Assembly (NCBI GenBank): GCA_035708165.1
Contig: DASSSZ010000001.1
Location: 25,772 to 89,771 of the forward strand
Direction: 5' to 3'
Length of the DNA: 64,000 bases
Origin: Minisyncoccota bacterium
GTDB taxonomy: Bacteria > Patescibacteriota > Minisyncoccia > Phycocordibacterales > UBA2100
Below, piece after piece: positions 40,137 to 48,944 of this stretch. How positions within the stretch are numbered: the stretch's first letter is position 1; every line of letters begins with the position of its first letter. A program made the position numbers and the translations under genes. The notes under the pieces are model-generated. The model made no database searches, had not been told where the DNA came from, and saw nothing but the letters and a program-made list of their open reading frames with translations.

Positions 40137-42794
40137 ATGACAGCCAAGAAGACAACGAGCCATAAGAAAGAGGAGCGCATCGGCGCGGATGCCGGGGCGG
40201 GCAAGATCGTCATCAAAGGCGCTCGGACGCACAACCTCAAGAACATCTCGGTCGAGATGCCGCGTGATCGGATGGTCATCCTCACGGGCCTCTCCGGCTC
40301 GGGCAAGTCCTCGCTCGCGTTCGACACCATTTTCGCCGAAGGGCAGCGCAAGTACGTGGAATCGCTTTCCTCCTACGCGCGCCAGTTCCTGCGCCAGATG
40401 CAGAAGCCGGATGTGGATGAGATCGCGGGCCTTTCGCCGGCGATCTCGATCGACCAGAAGAGCCGCTCGAACAACCCGCGCTCGACGGTTGCGACGATCA
40501 CGGAGATCTACGACTACCTGCGCGTCCTCTATGCGCGCATCGGCACGCCGCATTGCATGGTCTGCGGCCGGCCGGTGAAGAAGCTCTCGAACGAGGAGAT
40601 CCTGCAGACGGTGCTCACGGTCGTCGAAGACGCGCGCAAGGGCGCGAAAGGCGCGAAGGTCATGGGCGTTCCTATCAGCGACGCCACGATCAGGATCGCG
40701 AGCCCGGTCGTGATGGGCCGCAAGGGCGAGTACTACCAGATGCTCTACGATATGCTCAACAAGGGCTACGAGCGGGCCGTCATCGACGGCGTCGCGCACT
40801 CGCTGCGCGAGCGCGTGGAACTGGCGAAGAACAAGAACCACGATATCGATATCGTGATCGATGAGCTCTACCTCACTGAATTCGCGGATGATCCCAAGGG
40901 CGCGACGGAGCGCATCTCGGAAGCGATCGAGCGCGCGCTCCATGAGAGCGACGGCTTGGTACGCATCATCAAGCCGGATGGGGAGAGCGCCGTCGTCTCG
41001 GCGAAGTTCCTGTGCCCGTACGACGGCTTCTCCTTCCCGGAGGTCGAGCCGCGCCTCTTCTCATTCAATTCGCCGTACGGCGCGTGCCCGGTCTGCAATG
41101 GCCTCGGCACCAAGTACCTCTTCAGCGACGAGCCGTGCGAGGCATGCCATGGCGCGCGGCTGCGTCCGGAGGCGATGCACGTGCTGCTCGGCGGTGATCT
41201 CAAGAGCGGCGTGAATATCGTAGACCTGGCAGGGAAGTCGATCGAGGATGCGTACGACTTCTTTCTTACGCTCGAGCTCACGAAGATGGAGGCCGAGATC
41301 GCGAAGGCCGTCCTGCGCGAGATCACGAGCCGGCTCGAGTTCATGCGCGACGTCGGCATCGGGTATCTCACGCTCGACCGCCGCGCCAATACGCTCTCGG
41401 GCGGCGAGGCGCAGCGCATTCGGCTCGCGAGCCAGCTTGGCAGCGGGCTCGTGGGCGCCCTCTACGTGCTCGATGAGCCGACGATCGGGCTCCACCAGCG
41501 CGATAACGACCGCCTGATCCGCACGCTCACGAACCTGCGCGACCTCGGGAACACCATCGTGGTCGTGGAGCACGACGAAGACACGATCCTCGCGGCGGAC
41601 TACATCGTGGACATGGGTCCGGGTGCCGGCACGCACGGGGGCACTGTCGTCGTGGCGGGCTGGCTCGACGAGCTGCTTTCCGCCAAGACGAACGCGAGCG
41701 GATCGCGCACGCTTTCGTACCTGCGCGGCGAAGAAGTGATCCCGGTGCCGGAGGAACGGCGTACCAAGGAGAAAGGCGAGATCAAGATCACGGGCGCGAC
41801 CAAGTTCAGCCTGCAGAATCTCTCCGCCAAGGTGCCGCTCGGCCGCCTGGTCGCCATCACTGGCGTCTCCGGCTCAGGGAAATCAACCTTCCTGTATGAG
41901 ATCCTCTGGCGGAACCTGCGCGCGAAGCTCGACCGCAAGTACCGCACGGCGCACCTTTACAACGTCGCCGGCTTCGAGGGGGCGCAGGATTACCTCGGCC
42001 GCATGGTCCTGATCGACCAGTCGCCAATCGGGCGCACGCCGCGCAGCAACCCGGCCACCTACACGGGCGCCTTCACGCACATCCGCGATATCTTCGCGAT
42101 GACGCCGGAAGCGCAGGCCCGCGGGTGGAAATCCGGCCGCTTCTCGTTCAATACCAAAGGCGGGCGCTGCGAGGCGTGCCAGGGCAACGGCGTCGTCGCC
42201 GTCGAGATGCACTTCCTGCCGACCGTCTACGTGACCTGCGATGTCTGCAACGGCACGCGATTCATGAAGGAGACGCTCGAAGTGAAGTACAAGGGCAAGA
42301 GCATCACCGACGTGCTCAATATGACGATCGAGGAGGGGTGCGCCTTCTTCACCGATATCCCGGCGATCGCTGACCGGCTGCAGACGCTTTCTGACGTGGG
42401 CCTCGGATACCTCACGCTCGGCCAGAGCGCGACCACGCTCTCCGGCGGCGAGGCGCAACGCGTGAAGATCGCCTCGGAGCTCTTCCGGCCGAACACGACC
42501 AAGACGATGTACCTGCTCGATGAGCCGACGGTGGGGCTCCACTATGACGATGTCGCCAAGCTTATCGAGATCCTGCACACGCTCGTGGACCGCGGAAATT
42601 CGGTCGTAGTGATCGAGCACAACCTCGATGTCATCAAGAACGCCGACTACATCCTCGACTTCGGCCCGGAGGGCGGCGCGGCGGGCGGCAAGATCGTCGC
42701 GAAAGGGACGCCTGAGCAGGTCGCGAACGATGCGGATTCGCCGACCGGACCGTATCTCGCGCGCGAGCTGAAGAAGGAGAAGAGGGCCCGCTAG
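40137..42794 (+). CDS. uvrA: excinuclease ABC subunit A
   Basis: two ABC ATPase modules (GLSGSGKSSLAF / GVSGSGKSTFL, LSGGEAQR twice), zinc-finger cysteines; start MTAKKTTSHKKEE... chosen inside the 1001-aa track ORF. Confidence 0.95.
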   Translation: MTAKKTTSHKKEERIGADAGAGKIVIKGARTHNLKNISVEMPRDRMVILTGLSGSGKSSLAFDTIFAEGQRKYVESLSSYARQFLRQMQKPDVDEIAGLSPAISIDQKSRSNNPRSTVATITEIYDYLRVLYARIGTPHCMVCGRPVKKLSNEEILQTVLTVVEDARKGAKGAKVMGVPISDATIRIASPVVMGRKGEYYQMLYDMLNKGYERAVIDGVAHSLRERVELAKNKNHDIDIVIDELYLTEFADDPKGATERISEAIERALHESDGLVRIIKPDGESAVVSAKFLCPYDGFSFPEVEPRLFSFNSPYGACPVCNGLGTKYLFSDEPCEACHGARLRPEAMHVLLGGDLKSGVNIVDLAGKSIEDAYDFFLTLELTKMEAEIAKAVLREITSRLEFMRDVGIGYLTLDRRANTLSGGEAQRIRLASQLGSGLVGALYVLDEPTIGLHQRDNDRLIRTLTNLRDLGNTIVVVEHDEDTILAADYIVDMGPGAGTHGGTVVVAGWLDELLSAKTNASGSRTLSYLRGEEVIPVPEERRTKEKGEIKITGATKFSLQNLSAKVPLGRLVAITGVSGSGKSTFLYEILWRNLRAKLDRKYRTAHLYNVAGFEGAQDYLGRMVLIDQSPIGRTPRSNPATYTGAFTHIRDIFAMTPEAQARGWKSGRFSFNTKGGRCEACQGNGVVAVEMHFLPTVYVTCDVCNGTRFMKETLEVKYKGKSITDVLNMTIEEGCAFFTDIPAIADRLQTLSDVGLGYLTLGQSATTLSGGEAQRVKIASELFRPNTTKTMYLLDEPTVGLHYDDVAKLIEILHTLVDRGNSVVVIEHNLDVIKNADYILDFGPEGGAAGGKIVAKGTPEQVANDADSPTGPYLARELKKEKRAR

Positions 42795-42891
42795 CGGCAC
42801 CCCCGCTTCTCCACAGCTGCAATCGCCCGGCGTGCGGTACTATGAGGGTCTAGAGAGACTCCTTCCCACTCGTACGAAAGCGAGGTGCTCC

Positions 42892-43137
42892 ATGAGCACA
42901 GAGCCGACAGTTGATCAGGTCATCGCCCAGCTGCTCGAAGTATCCGGATGCAGGGATCGCGAAGACCTGCTCGCCTTCGCGTGCACGCTTTACGTCAGCC
43001 CGGGCTCGACAGGCTGCACGAGCTATGAAGTCGCGCACGCGCTCGCCGAGATCGAACAGGGCATCATCCCCGACCTGCTTGCTCCGTGGCATGCGCTCAT
43101 CCGCGAGGAGCGAACGGCAGTGATGGCTGCGGCATAA
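42892..43137 (+). CDS. small hypothetical protein (81 aa)
   Basis: GAGGTG 6 nt before ATG (MSTEPTVDQVIAQLLEV...); GC hairpin right after the stop. Confidence 0.45.
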   Translation: MSTEPTVDQVIAQLLEVSGCRDREDLLAFACTLYVSPGSTGCTSYEVAHALAEIEQGIIPDLLAPWHALIREERTAVMAAA

Positions 43138-43237
43138 GGATGGCCGCCGCGCTCGTGCGCGGCGGCTCGCTGTCTTCCGGCGTCGCCTTCGTGGTGCGCA
43201 TGGAAGAAGCCGCCGCGAAAGATCGCGGCGGCTGTCG

Positions 43238-43546
43238 TCATGCGACGGTTTCCAAGAGGCTTCCTTTCACGCGAGCCGGCGGCCGTATCCTGCGCGTACG
43301 CGCAGCACCTCGGACCATGCGGAGCTCAGTGCGCAGCTCCTCGAGCGACGCGCGCCATTCCGGGCGCAGCGCTCCTCGCACGGCTTCGGCCTCGAGGCCG
43401 CGCCGCATATTCGCAAGCGAGTGCACATCGAACGCGACGAGCCGGGTGCGCACCTCCTTGATCATGCCCGAGGTGGGCTCGGTACGGAACGTGAGCATCA
43501 GGCAGATAGCATCTATGGATCGGCATTTCGTATACGAATGCTTCAT
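43238..43546 (-). CDS. small hypothetical protein (102 aa)
   Basis: GGGAGG 7 nt upstream of ATG on the minus strand (MKHSYTKCRSIDAICLM...); convergent with 42892..43137, between uvrA and uvrC. Confidence 0.4.
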   Translation of the reverse strand: MKHSYTKCRSIDAICLMLTFRTEPTSGMIKEVRTRLVAFDVHSLANMRRGLEAEAVRGALRPEWRASLEELRTELRMVRGAARTRRIRPPARVKGSLLETVA

Positions 43547-43605
43547 GCACGCCTCCCAATCTCTGTTTTTAGGGAATAGCACTCTTATGCTATAGTGTCA
43601 ATACT

Positions 43606-44883
43606 ATGGTGCGCGAGGATCTTGCCAGCTACGATCTCCCGGACGAACCGGGCGTGTACGTCTTCCGCAACGCGAAGCGGCAGATCCTCTACATCGGCCG
43701 AGCCACTTCGCTGAAGAGCCGCGTGCGCAGCTACTTCGCGCCCGACCTCATCGAGAGCCGCGGGCCGCGCATCGTCGCGATGGTGGAGGCGGCACGGCAC
43801 CTCACATGGGAGACGACTGATTCCGTGCTCGAAGCGATCATTCTCGAAGCCAACCTCATCAAGAAGCACCAGCCCCCGTACAATGTCGACGAGAAGGATA
43901 ATAAGAGCTGGAACTACGTCGTGATCACGAAGGAGGCGTTCCCGCGCGTCTTGCTCGTGCGCGGACGATCGCTCTTCGGCGAGTGGGACGAGAAGGACAT
44001 CAAGCATCTCTTCGGTCCGTTCCCGCAGGGCTCGACCCTGAAGGAAGCGCTCAAGATCGTCCGCAGCATCTTCCCGTACCGCGACAGGTGCACGCCGTGC
44101 ACCGAGCAGAAGGCGCATGCGGCCGGCCGGCCGTGCAAGCCGTGCTTCGACCGGCAGCTCGGCCTATGCCCCGGCGTTTGCTCGGGCGAGGTGAGCGAGA
44201 AGGAGTATGCGACGACCATCCGGCACATCGCGGCTCTTTTCTCTGGCAAGAAGAAGACGCTCCTCGCCGAGCTCGGTCGCGATATGAAGCGCGCCGCACG
44301 GCAGGAGCGCTTCGAGGAGGCGGCGAAGATCCGCGGCCAGATCGCAGCCCTGACGCATATCCGCGATGTCGCGCTCATCAAGAATACGAGCCGCGTCAGC
44401 AATGGGGGTGCCGGGATCCGCATCGAGGGCTACGATATCGCGCATACGGCCGGCACGGACACGGTGGGAATCATGGTCGTCATTCACGATGGCGAGGTCT
44501 CCCGCGGCGATGTGCGCAAATTCCGCGTCCGTACCGTGACGAATAACGACCCGGCTGCGCTCGCCGAGATCGTGAGCCGGCGTCTCGACCATCCCGAATG
44601 GCCGCTGCCGCGCCTCTTCGTGATAGACGGCAGCAAGGCGCAGGTTGGCGCGGTGGAACGCGTACTCGAGAAAGCGGGCGTGGGGATCCCGGTCGTCGGT
44701 GTCGTGAAGGACGAGAAGCACCGGCCCCGCGGCTTCATCGGGGAATCCGCGATCATCAGCTCGCACCAGCGGGAGATCCTCCTCGCCGATGACGAGGCGC
44801 ATAAGCGCGCCATCGGCTACCATCATTACCGGCAGCGCGCACGCATCGCGCCGGGCACGCGCACGCGCAAGCGGGACGCGTGA
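43606..44883 (+). CDS. uvrC: excinuclease ABC subunit C, short form (GIY-YIG plus UvrC-homology/RNase H-like domains, no C-terminal (HhH)2)
   Basis: GIY-YIG (PGVYVFRNAKRQILYIGRATSLKSRV), UvrBC-interaction region (FEEAAKIRGQIAAL), RNase-H-like endonuclease region (IEGYDIAHTAGTD...LFVIDGSKAQV); ~425 aa. Confidence 0.9.
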   Translation: MVREDLASYDLPDEPGVYVFRNAKRQILYIGRATSLKSRVRSYFAPDLIESRGPRIVAMVEAARHLTWETTDSVLEAIILEANLIKKHQPPYNVDEKDNKSWNYVVITKEAFPRVLLVRGRSLFGEWDEKDIKHLFGPFPQGSTLKEALKIVRSIFPYRDRCTPCTEQKAHAAGRPCKPCFDRQLGLCPGVCSGEVSEKEYATTIRHIAALFSGKKKTLLAELGRDMKRAARQERFEEAAKIRGQIAALTHIRDVALIKNTSRVSNGGAGIRIEGYDIAHTAGTDTVGIMVVIHDGEVSRGDVRKFRVRTVTNNDPAALAEIVSRRLDHPEWPLPRLFVIDGSKAQVGAVERVLEKAGVGIPVVGVVKDEKHRPRGFIGESAIISSHQREILLADDEAHKRAIGYHHYRQRARIAPGTRTRKRDA

Positions 44884-44909
44884 TGTTCGCGCGATGCTAT
44901 ACTACCCGC

Positions 44910-45887
44910 ATGCCTCGCACGACTGTCGGCATCCTGCGCGGCGGGCCGTCGCCTGAGTACGACGTCTCGCTCAAGACCGGTTCGGCGCTCCTCAACGCGC
45001 TGCCTGAGGATCGCTATCTCGTGCGCGATGTCTTCATCGATAAGCGCGGCGAGTGGCACTTGCACGGCAAGGCGACGGAGCCGGCGCGCATCCTCCAGCA
45101 GCTCGATGCCGTCCTCAATGGATTGCATGGCACCTACGGGGAAGACGGCACGGTGCAGCGCATCCTCGAGCGCTCGCGAGTGCCGTTCGCTGGCACGCGC
45201 GCGAGCGCTTCATCGCTCGCGATGCATAAGGCACGCACGCAGGCGCACCTCGCGCAGCATGGCGTGCGCATGCCGCGCACAGTCCACCTCTCGCTCGCGA
45301 AAGTGGGCACGACGCCCATGGGCGATCTCGCGCAGGGCGTCTTCCAGCGCTTCGGGCCCCCGTACGTGGTGAAGCCGGCGCGCCTGGGCTCATCCGTCGG
45401 CGTGCGCATCATCAATTCCGTCCACGACCTGCCGCAGGCGCTCGCGGATGCGCTCAGCGCCTTCGACCACATCCTCGTGCAAGAGCACATTGCCGGGCGC
45501 GAAGCGACAGTGGGCGTGATCGAGCGCTTCCGCGGCCAAGACCTGTATGCGCTCCCTGCCGTCGAGATCGTGCCGAAGCGCTCTTTCTTCGATTACGAGG
45601 CGAAGTACGCCGGCGCGTCTGAAGAGCGCTGCCCGAGCACCTTCGACAGCGCGACCAAGCTCGAACTCGAGGAGCTCGCGAAGCACGTGCATGAGTCCAT
45701 GGAGCTTGCGCACTACTCGCGCTCCGATTTCATCGTGCACCCGTCTGGCCGCGTCTACTTCCTCGAAGTGAATACGCTCCCAGGGCTCACCGAGCAGTCG
45801 CTCATGCCGCTCGCGCTCTCGGCAGTCGGCTCATCGCTTTCGGAATTCGCAGAGCACCTCGTGAAGCTTGCCCGCGATGATTCCTGA
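44910..45887 (+). CDS. ddl: D-alanine--D-alanine ligase
   Basis: ATP-grasp Ddl motifs (VGILRGGPSPEYDVSLKTG, PYVVKPARLGSSVGV, EVNTLPG); TATACT 7 nt upstream; the longer track ORF overlaps the uvrC end. Confidence 0.9.
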   Translation: MPRTTVGILRGGPSPEYDVSLKTGSALLNALPEDRYLVRDVFIDKRGEWHLHGKATEPARILQQLDAVLNGLHGTYGEDGTVQRILERSRVPFAGTRASASSLAMHKARTQAHLAQHGVRMPRTVHLSLAKVGTTPMGDLAQGVFQRFGPPYVVKPARLGSSVGVRIINSVHDLPQALADALSAFDHILVQEHIAGREATVGVIERFRGQDLYALPAVEIVPKRSFFDYEAKYAGASEERCPSTFDSATKLELEELAKHVHESMELAHYSRSDFIVHPSGRVYFLEVNTLPGLTEQSLMPLALSAVGSSLSEFAEHLVKLARDDS

Positions 45888-45940
45888 GCATCGGCGCGCA
45901 ACCCGCTTGCAGATACGCCCTAAACAGCTATCCTGGACGT

Positions 45941-46285
45941 ATGGACGACGGCCTGACACAGAAGAAATGCATCCCGTGCGAAGTCGGCGGCCTCGCGCTC
46001 ACGCGCATTGAAGCCGATGCCTTGCTGGCGCAGGTCCCCGGCTGGACCCTGAACCAGGACGCGAAGCGCCTCTCACGAGCGCTTCCGTTCGCTGATTTCA
46101 AGTCCGCGCTGGCGTTCGCGGATCGGGTAGGGGAGCTCGCGGAAAAGGAAGGCCACCACCCGGTGCTCACCGTCGCATGGGGATCGCTCGGAATCGAGCT
46201 CTGGACGCACGCCGTCGGCGGCCTCTCGGAGAACGACTTCATCATGGCTGCAAAGATCAGCAGTATGATACCGGACAGGCAATGA
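45941..46285 (+). CDS. pterin-4-alpha-carbinolamine dehydratase (PCD/DCoH)
   Basis: EGHHP catalytic motif within ...FADRVGELAEKEGHHPVLTVAWGSLGIELWTH. Confidence 0.85.
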   Translation: MDDGLTQKKCIPCEVGGLALTRIEADALLAQVPGWTLNQDAKRLSRALPFADFKSALAFADRVGELAEKEGHHPVLTVAWGSLGIELWTHAVGGLSENDFIMAAKISSMIPDRQ

Positions 46286-46300
46286 GAGAGGATCTGAAGG

Positions 46301-46651
46301 ATGCCTGGACGTGGACGCAAGCGGCGCGGACCGCCCTCTCGCGAGGCAGTAATCCGTGCGTTGAGGGCGCGCGGCACCGATGATCGGTCGGCCCGCAAGC
46401 TGCTGGCTGCGTGGATAGCGGGACAGGGAGATCCGGCAGCGAAATCGCTTCGTAGCGATATGCATGCGCGAGTCATTGCGCGGCTCCGGATGGAGCTTGG
46501 CATCGCCGCGGTGTACCGCGACGCAGGGCTCCGGGCGATCGCACTCGAGACATATCGGAATGCGGCAGCGGCGTTGCGGCAGCAGCATACTGATGACGTC
46601 TGGCCGCTCTATGAGGAAGCCCTCATGCAGATCGACGCGCTTGAGCGATAG
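46301..46651 (+). CDS. hypothetical protein (116 aa)
   Basis: GAAGG RBS before ATG; Arg/Ala-rich; no motif recognised. Confidence 0.4.
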   Translation: MPGRGRKRRGPPSREAVIRALRARGTDDRSARKLLAAWIAGQGDPAAKSLRSDMHARVIARLRMELGIAAVYRDAGLRAIALETYRNAAAALRQQHTDDVWPLYEEALMQIDALER

Positions 46652-46676
46652 GCAAGCAAGAAAATGCCCGCACGGT

Positions 46677-47273
46677 TCACCGTGCGGGCATCGTTGGCAA
46701 TAGGTGCGCGAGGACCTCTGACCAGCTGCTCACGCGCGTGACGCCACGCACCGGCGGCTCTTGGTTCCATGGCCGATCGAACAGGTACGCGGAAATACCT
46801 GCGTGCGCGGCATCCGCCGCGTTATGCAAGGCGTCATCGATCAAAGCCACGGCCTCTTCCTCGATGCAGACCTGCGATTTGGGAACGAGCGCGCGCCCGT
46901 CATCGCGCCTGCCGGTGTACCGCACTGCGCTGATCGTGCCGGGAAAATGGCGCTCGATCACTGACACCGTCGCTTCTTGCAGGAAATCTGATCGCGCCGT
47001 CACGACGACGAGGCGGTAGTGCTCGCGCAAGAGGGAGAGCGCTTCCGCAGCGTCCGGGAGCACCTCAACCTCGCGGCTGTGGTGCAGGTGGAATTCCGCG
47101 CAACGCAGATGCATCTCATCCTCGGTGCACCCGTACACGAGATGCAAGGAATAGGAGGAAATGCCCTCGTACGTGACGGCGGTGCCGAATCTCCCGTTGT
47201 GATAGGCGAGGAATGCGCGCTGGAAATCGACGAGCGAGTCGTCGAGATCGAGCGCAAGGGTAGGCAGTGACAT
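46677..47273 (-). CDS. HAD-superfamily hydrolase, 5'(3')-deoxyribonucleotidase-like
   Basis: HAD motif I LALDLDDSLVD right after the start MSLPTL; motif II region VVVTARS; in-frame ATG inside the longer track ORF. Confidence 0.6.
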   Translation of the reverse strand: MSLPTLALDLDDSLVDFQRAFLAYHNGRFGTAVTYEGISSYSLHLVYGCTEDEMHLRCAEFHLHHSREVEVLPDAAEALSLLREHYRLVVVTARSDFLQEATVSVIERHFPGTISAVRYTGRRDDGRALVPKSQVCIEEEAVALIDDALHNAADAAHAGISAYLFDRPWNQEPPVRGVTRVSSWSEVLAHLLPTMPAR

Positions 47274-47369
47274 AAGGAACCTCCTGATCTCTATTGACGA
47301 TACGCGCACCGATCCGGTGCGTCAATCGCTTCCGTTTCTGCCCGAGAATTGCTACAGTAGTGCCTGTCC

Positions 47370-47390
47370 GGGCCCTTAGCTCAGTTGGTA
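47370..47390 (+). repeat. 21-nt copy of the tRNA-Ala(UGC) 5' end (acceptor 5' strand plus D-arm start)
   Basis: GGGCCCTTAGCTCAGTTGGTA identical to tRNA positions 1-21, 20 nt upstream of the intact gene. Confidence 0.7.
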
Positions 47391-47410
47391 AGTTCTTTGG
47401 GAATCTTGGT

Positions 47411-47486
47411 GGGCCCTTAGCTCAGTTGGTAGAGCGCCACATTTGCAATGTGGATGTCAGCGGTTCGAATCCGCTAGGGTCCACCA
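47411..47486 (+). tRNA. tRNA-Ala (anticodon UGC), CCA encoded
   Basis: GGGCCCT acceptor with G3:U70 (Ala identity), D-arm GCTC-AGTTGGTA-GAGC, anticodon arm CCACA-TTTGCAA-TGTGG, T-arm AGCGG-TTCGAAT-CCGCT, ACCA 3' end. The 5' leader GAATCTTGGT pairs with the 3' trailer ACCAAGATTC. Confidence 0.9.
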
Positions 47487-47551
47487 AGATTCTCAACGAA
47501 CTTCCTGCCTGCCCTCGCCTCGGAAAAGAAAAACAACTTTCTTTTCGCTCG

Positions 47552-47617
47552 GCTCGGTTGGCAGTAGAGCCCACATTTGCAATGTGGATGTCAGCGGTTC
47601 GAATCCGCTAGGGTCCA
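47552..47617 (+). pseudogene. truncated tRNA-Ala(UGC) copy lacking the 5' acceptor strand
   Basis: 48 nt identical to the intact tRNA from the anticodon stem to the discriminator (CACATTTGCAATGTGGATGTCAGCGGTTCGAATCCGCTAGGGTCCAC), preceded by a diverged D-arm. No complementary 5' acceptor strand; ends ACAC rather than ACCA. Confidence 0.65.
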
Positions 47618-47629
47618 CACAAGAAGAGT

Positions 47630-47647
47630 CCCGGCGCGTGCGCCGGG
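47630..47647 (-). terminator. GC hairpin (CCCGGCGC/GCGCCGGG) immediately downstream of the minus-strand glycoside hydrolase gene
   Basis: inverted repeat 13 nt past the stop of 47661..48722; modest U-tract on the minus strand. Confidence 0.4.
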
Positions 47648-47660
47648 GCTTACGGAACAC

Positions 47661-48722
47661 TTACTCTCCGTCTGCGAAGCAGGAGCGCATCACATCCTCT
47701 GCGGGCTTGCCGAGCGGTCCGTAGCCGCCGTCCTTCGATGGGTCGGCGGGGAGCCACACATTCGCCATCCACCAGTACATGCCTGCGAGCCGATGGCTCC
47801 AGACTCTGCAGGCAGCCTCATAGAAGCGCGACTGCTCGAGGAGGTCTACGGCCGTGCCGTGGCTCCAGAGCCAGTTCTTGTCATGCGCGTAGCGCTGCGA
47901 AGTCGTACCGATCTCGCTGAAGACAAGCGGCTTGCCGATCGCCTTCGCACGTGATTCAACCTGCGGAATCCACTTCTGCCAGGCGTCGATGAGCTCATCC
48001 ACGGATGGGTCAAGCGCGGTCGGCGTCTCTAGCCGGAAGAACGCATCCACGCTTACATAGTCGAGCGCGTCCCAGGGGATGTCGGGTGCGATGCCCGAGT
48101 TGGCTGCATAGGTGAGCGTCCCGCTGAAGTGCTTACGCACCTCTGCGATCAGCGCACGCCAGCGGCTGGTGTACTTCTCCATGGAAACGAACTCGGTGCC
48201 GATGATGAGCGAACGTGCATGCATTTCCTCGCCGAGGTCTGCGTAGTGCACGAGGAGCGCGGCATAGCTCGCAAACCAAGCGGCCACGTCCCTCGGATGC
48301 ATCGTGCCGCGCCAATCGCCGCCACGGTCCATGAACGCGTGCTCGTCGATCGTAGGATGCAGCACGACCGCGAAGCCGTAGTCGTACGCTTTCGCAAGGA
48401 AGCGCCGCAGCGCATCATCGCTCGGCGTCTTTTCGCTCACATGCACGCTGCTGCTCGTGAGCGTATCCATGTAGAGCGGCCATTCGAGGCTGATCGCATT
48501 GATGTGATCGGCTAGGAGCCGGTCGAAGAGCTTATAGTCCTTCCAGTCGAGGAGGTCGAGATCCTTCTGGTAATCCTCGCTGTAGAGAACGACATTGATC
48601 CCGCGGTCGGGCGTATCTGCCGACGGCAGCGGTGCGATCAGGCGCGGCGTGGCAGCCGCCGGGAAGCTCAGGAGCGCCAGCCCGGCTGCGAGGAGGAGGG
48701 CTTTTCCGGTAGAGAGGGGCAT
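47661..48722 (-). CDS. secreted glycoside hydrolase, (beta/alpha)8 clan GH-A-like (GH26/GH113-type mannanase-like)
   Basis: signal peptide MPLSTGKALLLAAGLALLSFPAAA; catalytic-looking TEF/SEIG glutamates; Trp-rich barrel. Family assignment tentative. Confidence 0.55.
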   Translation of the reverse strand: MPLSTGKALLLAAGLALLSFPAAATPRLIAPLPSADTPDRGINVVLYSEDYQKDLDLLDWKDYKLFDRLLADHINAISLEWPLYMDTLTSSSVHVSEKTPSDDALRRFLAKAYDYGFAVVLHPTIDEHAFMDRGGDWRGTMHPRDVAAWFASYAALLVHYADLGEEMHARSLIIGTEFVSMEKYTSRWRALIAEVRKHFSGTLTYAANSGIAPDIPWDALDYVSVDAFFRLETPTALDPSVDELIDAWQKWIPQVESRAKAIGKPLVFSEIGTTSQRYAHDKNWLWSHGTAVDLLEQSRFYEAACRVWSHRLAGMYWWMANVWLPADPSKDGGYGPLGKPAEDVMRSCFADGE

Positions 48723-48944
48723 GCGAGCCTCCTTCGATGATGAACGATCCTCGTGTAGTGTGCGACATGAAGATGAAGGGCGCATGATGCCGGGTGGCAT
48801 CTGGCCTCATGAGAAATTCATATGGACACCGCTACTATCCACGCGTCCGAGGCAGCGCCGGGAGCAGTGTAAGTCTGCGCCTGTGAGCGCGTCTTCTCGG
48901 ATGTTCGAGCCTGTCTTACGCAATTACCCATTCACGAGTGATCT

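Noticed and set aside
47294-47954. Three + ORFs (47294..47611, 47443..47724, 47577..47954) sharing the peptide MQCGCQRFESARVH
   Set aside because: They are translations through tRNA-Ala and its truncated copy; the repeated peptide simply reflects the duplicated tRNA sequence.
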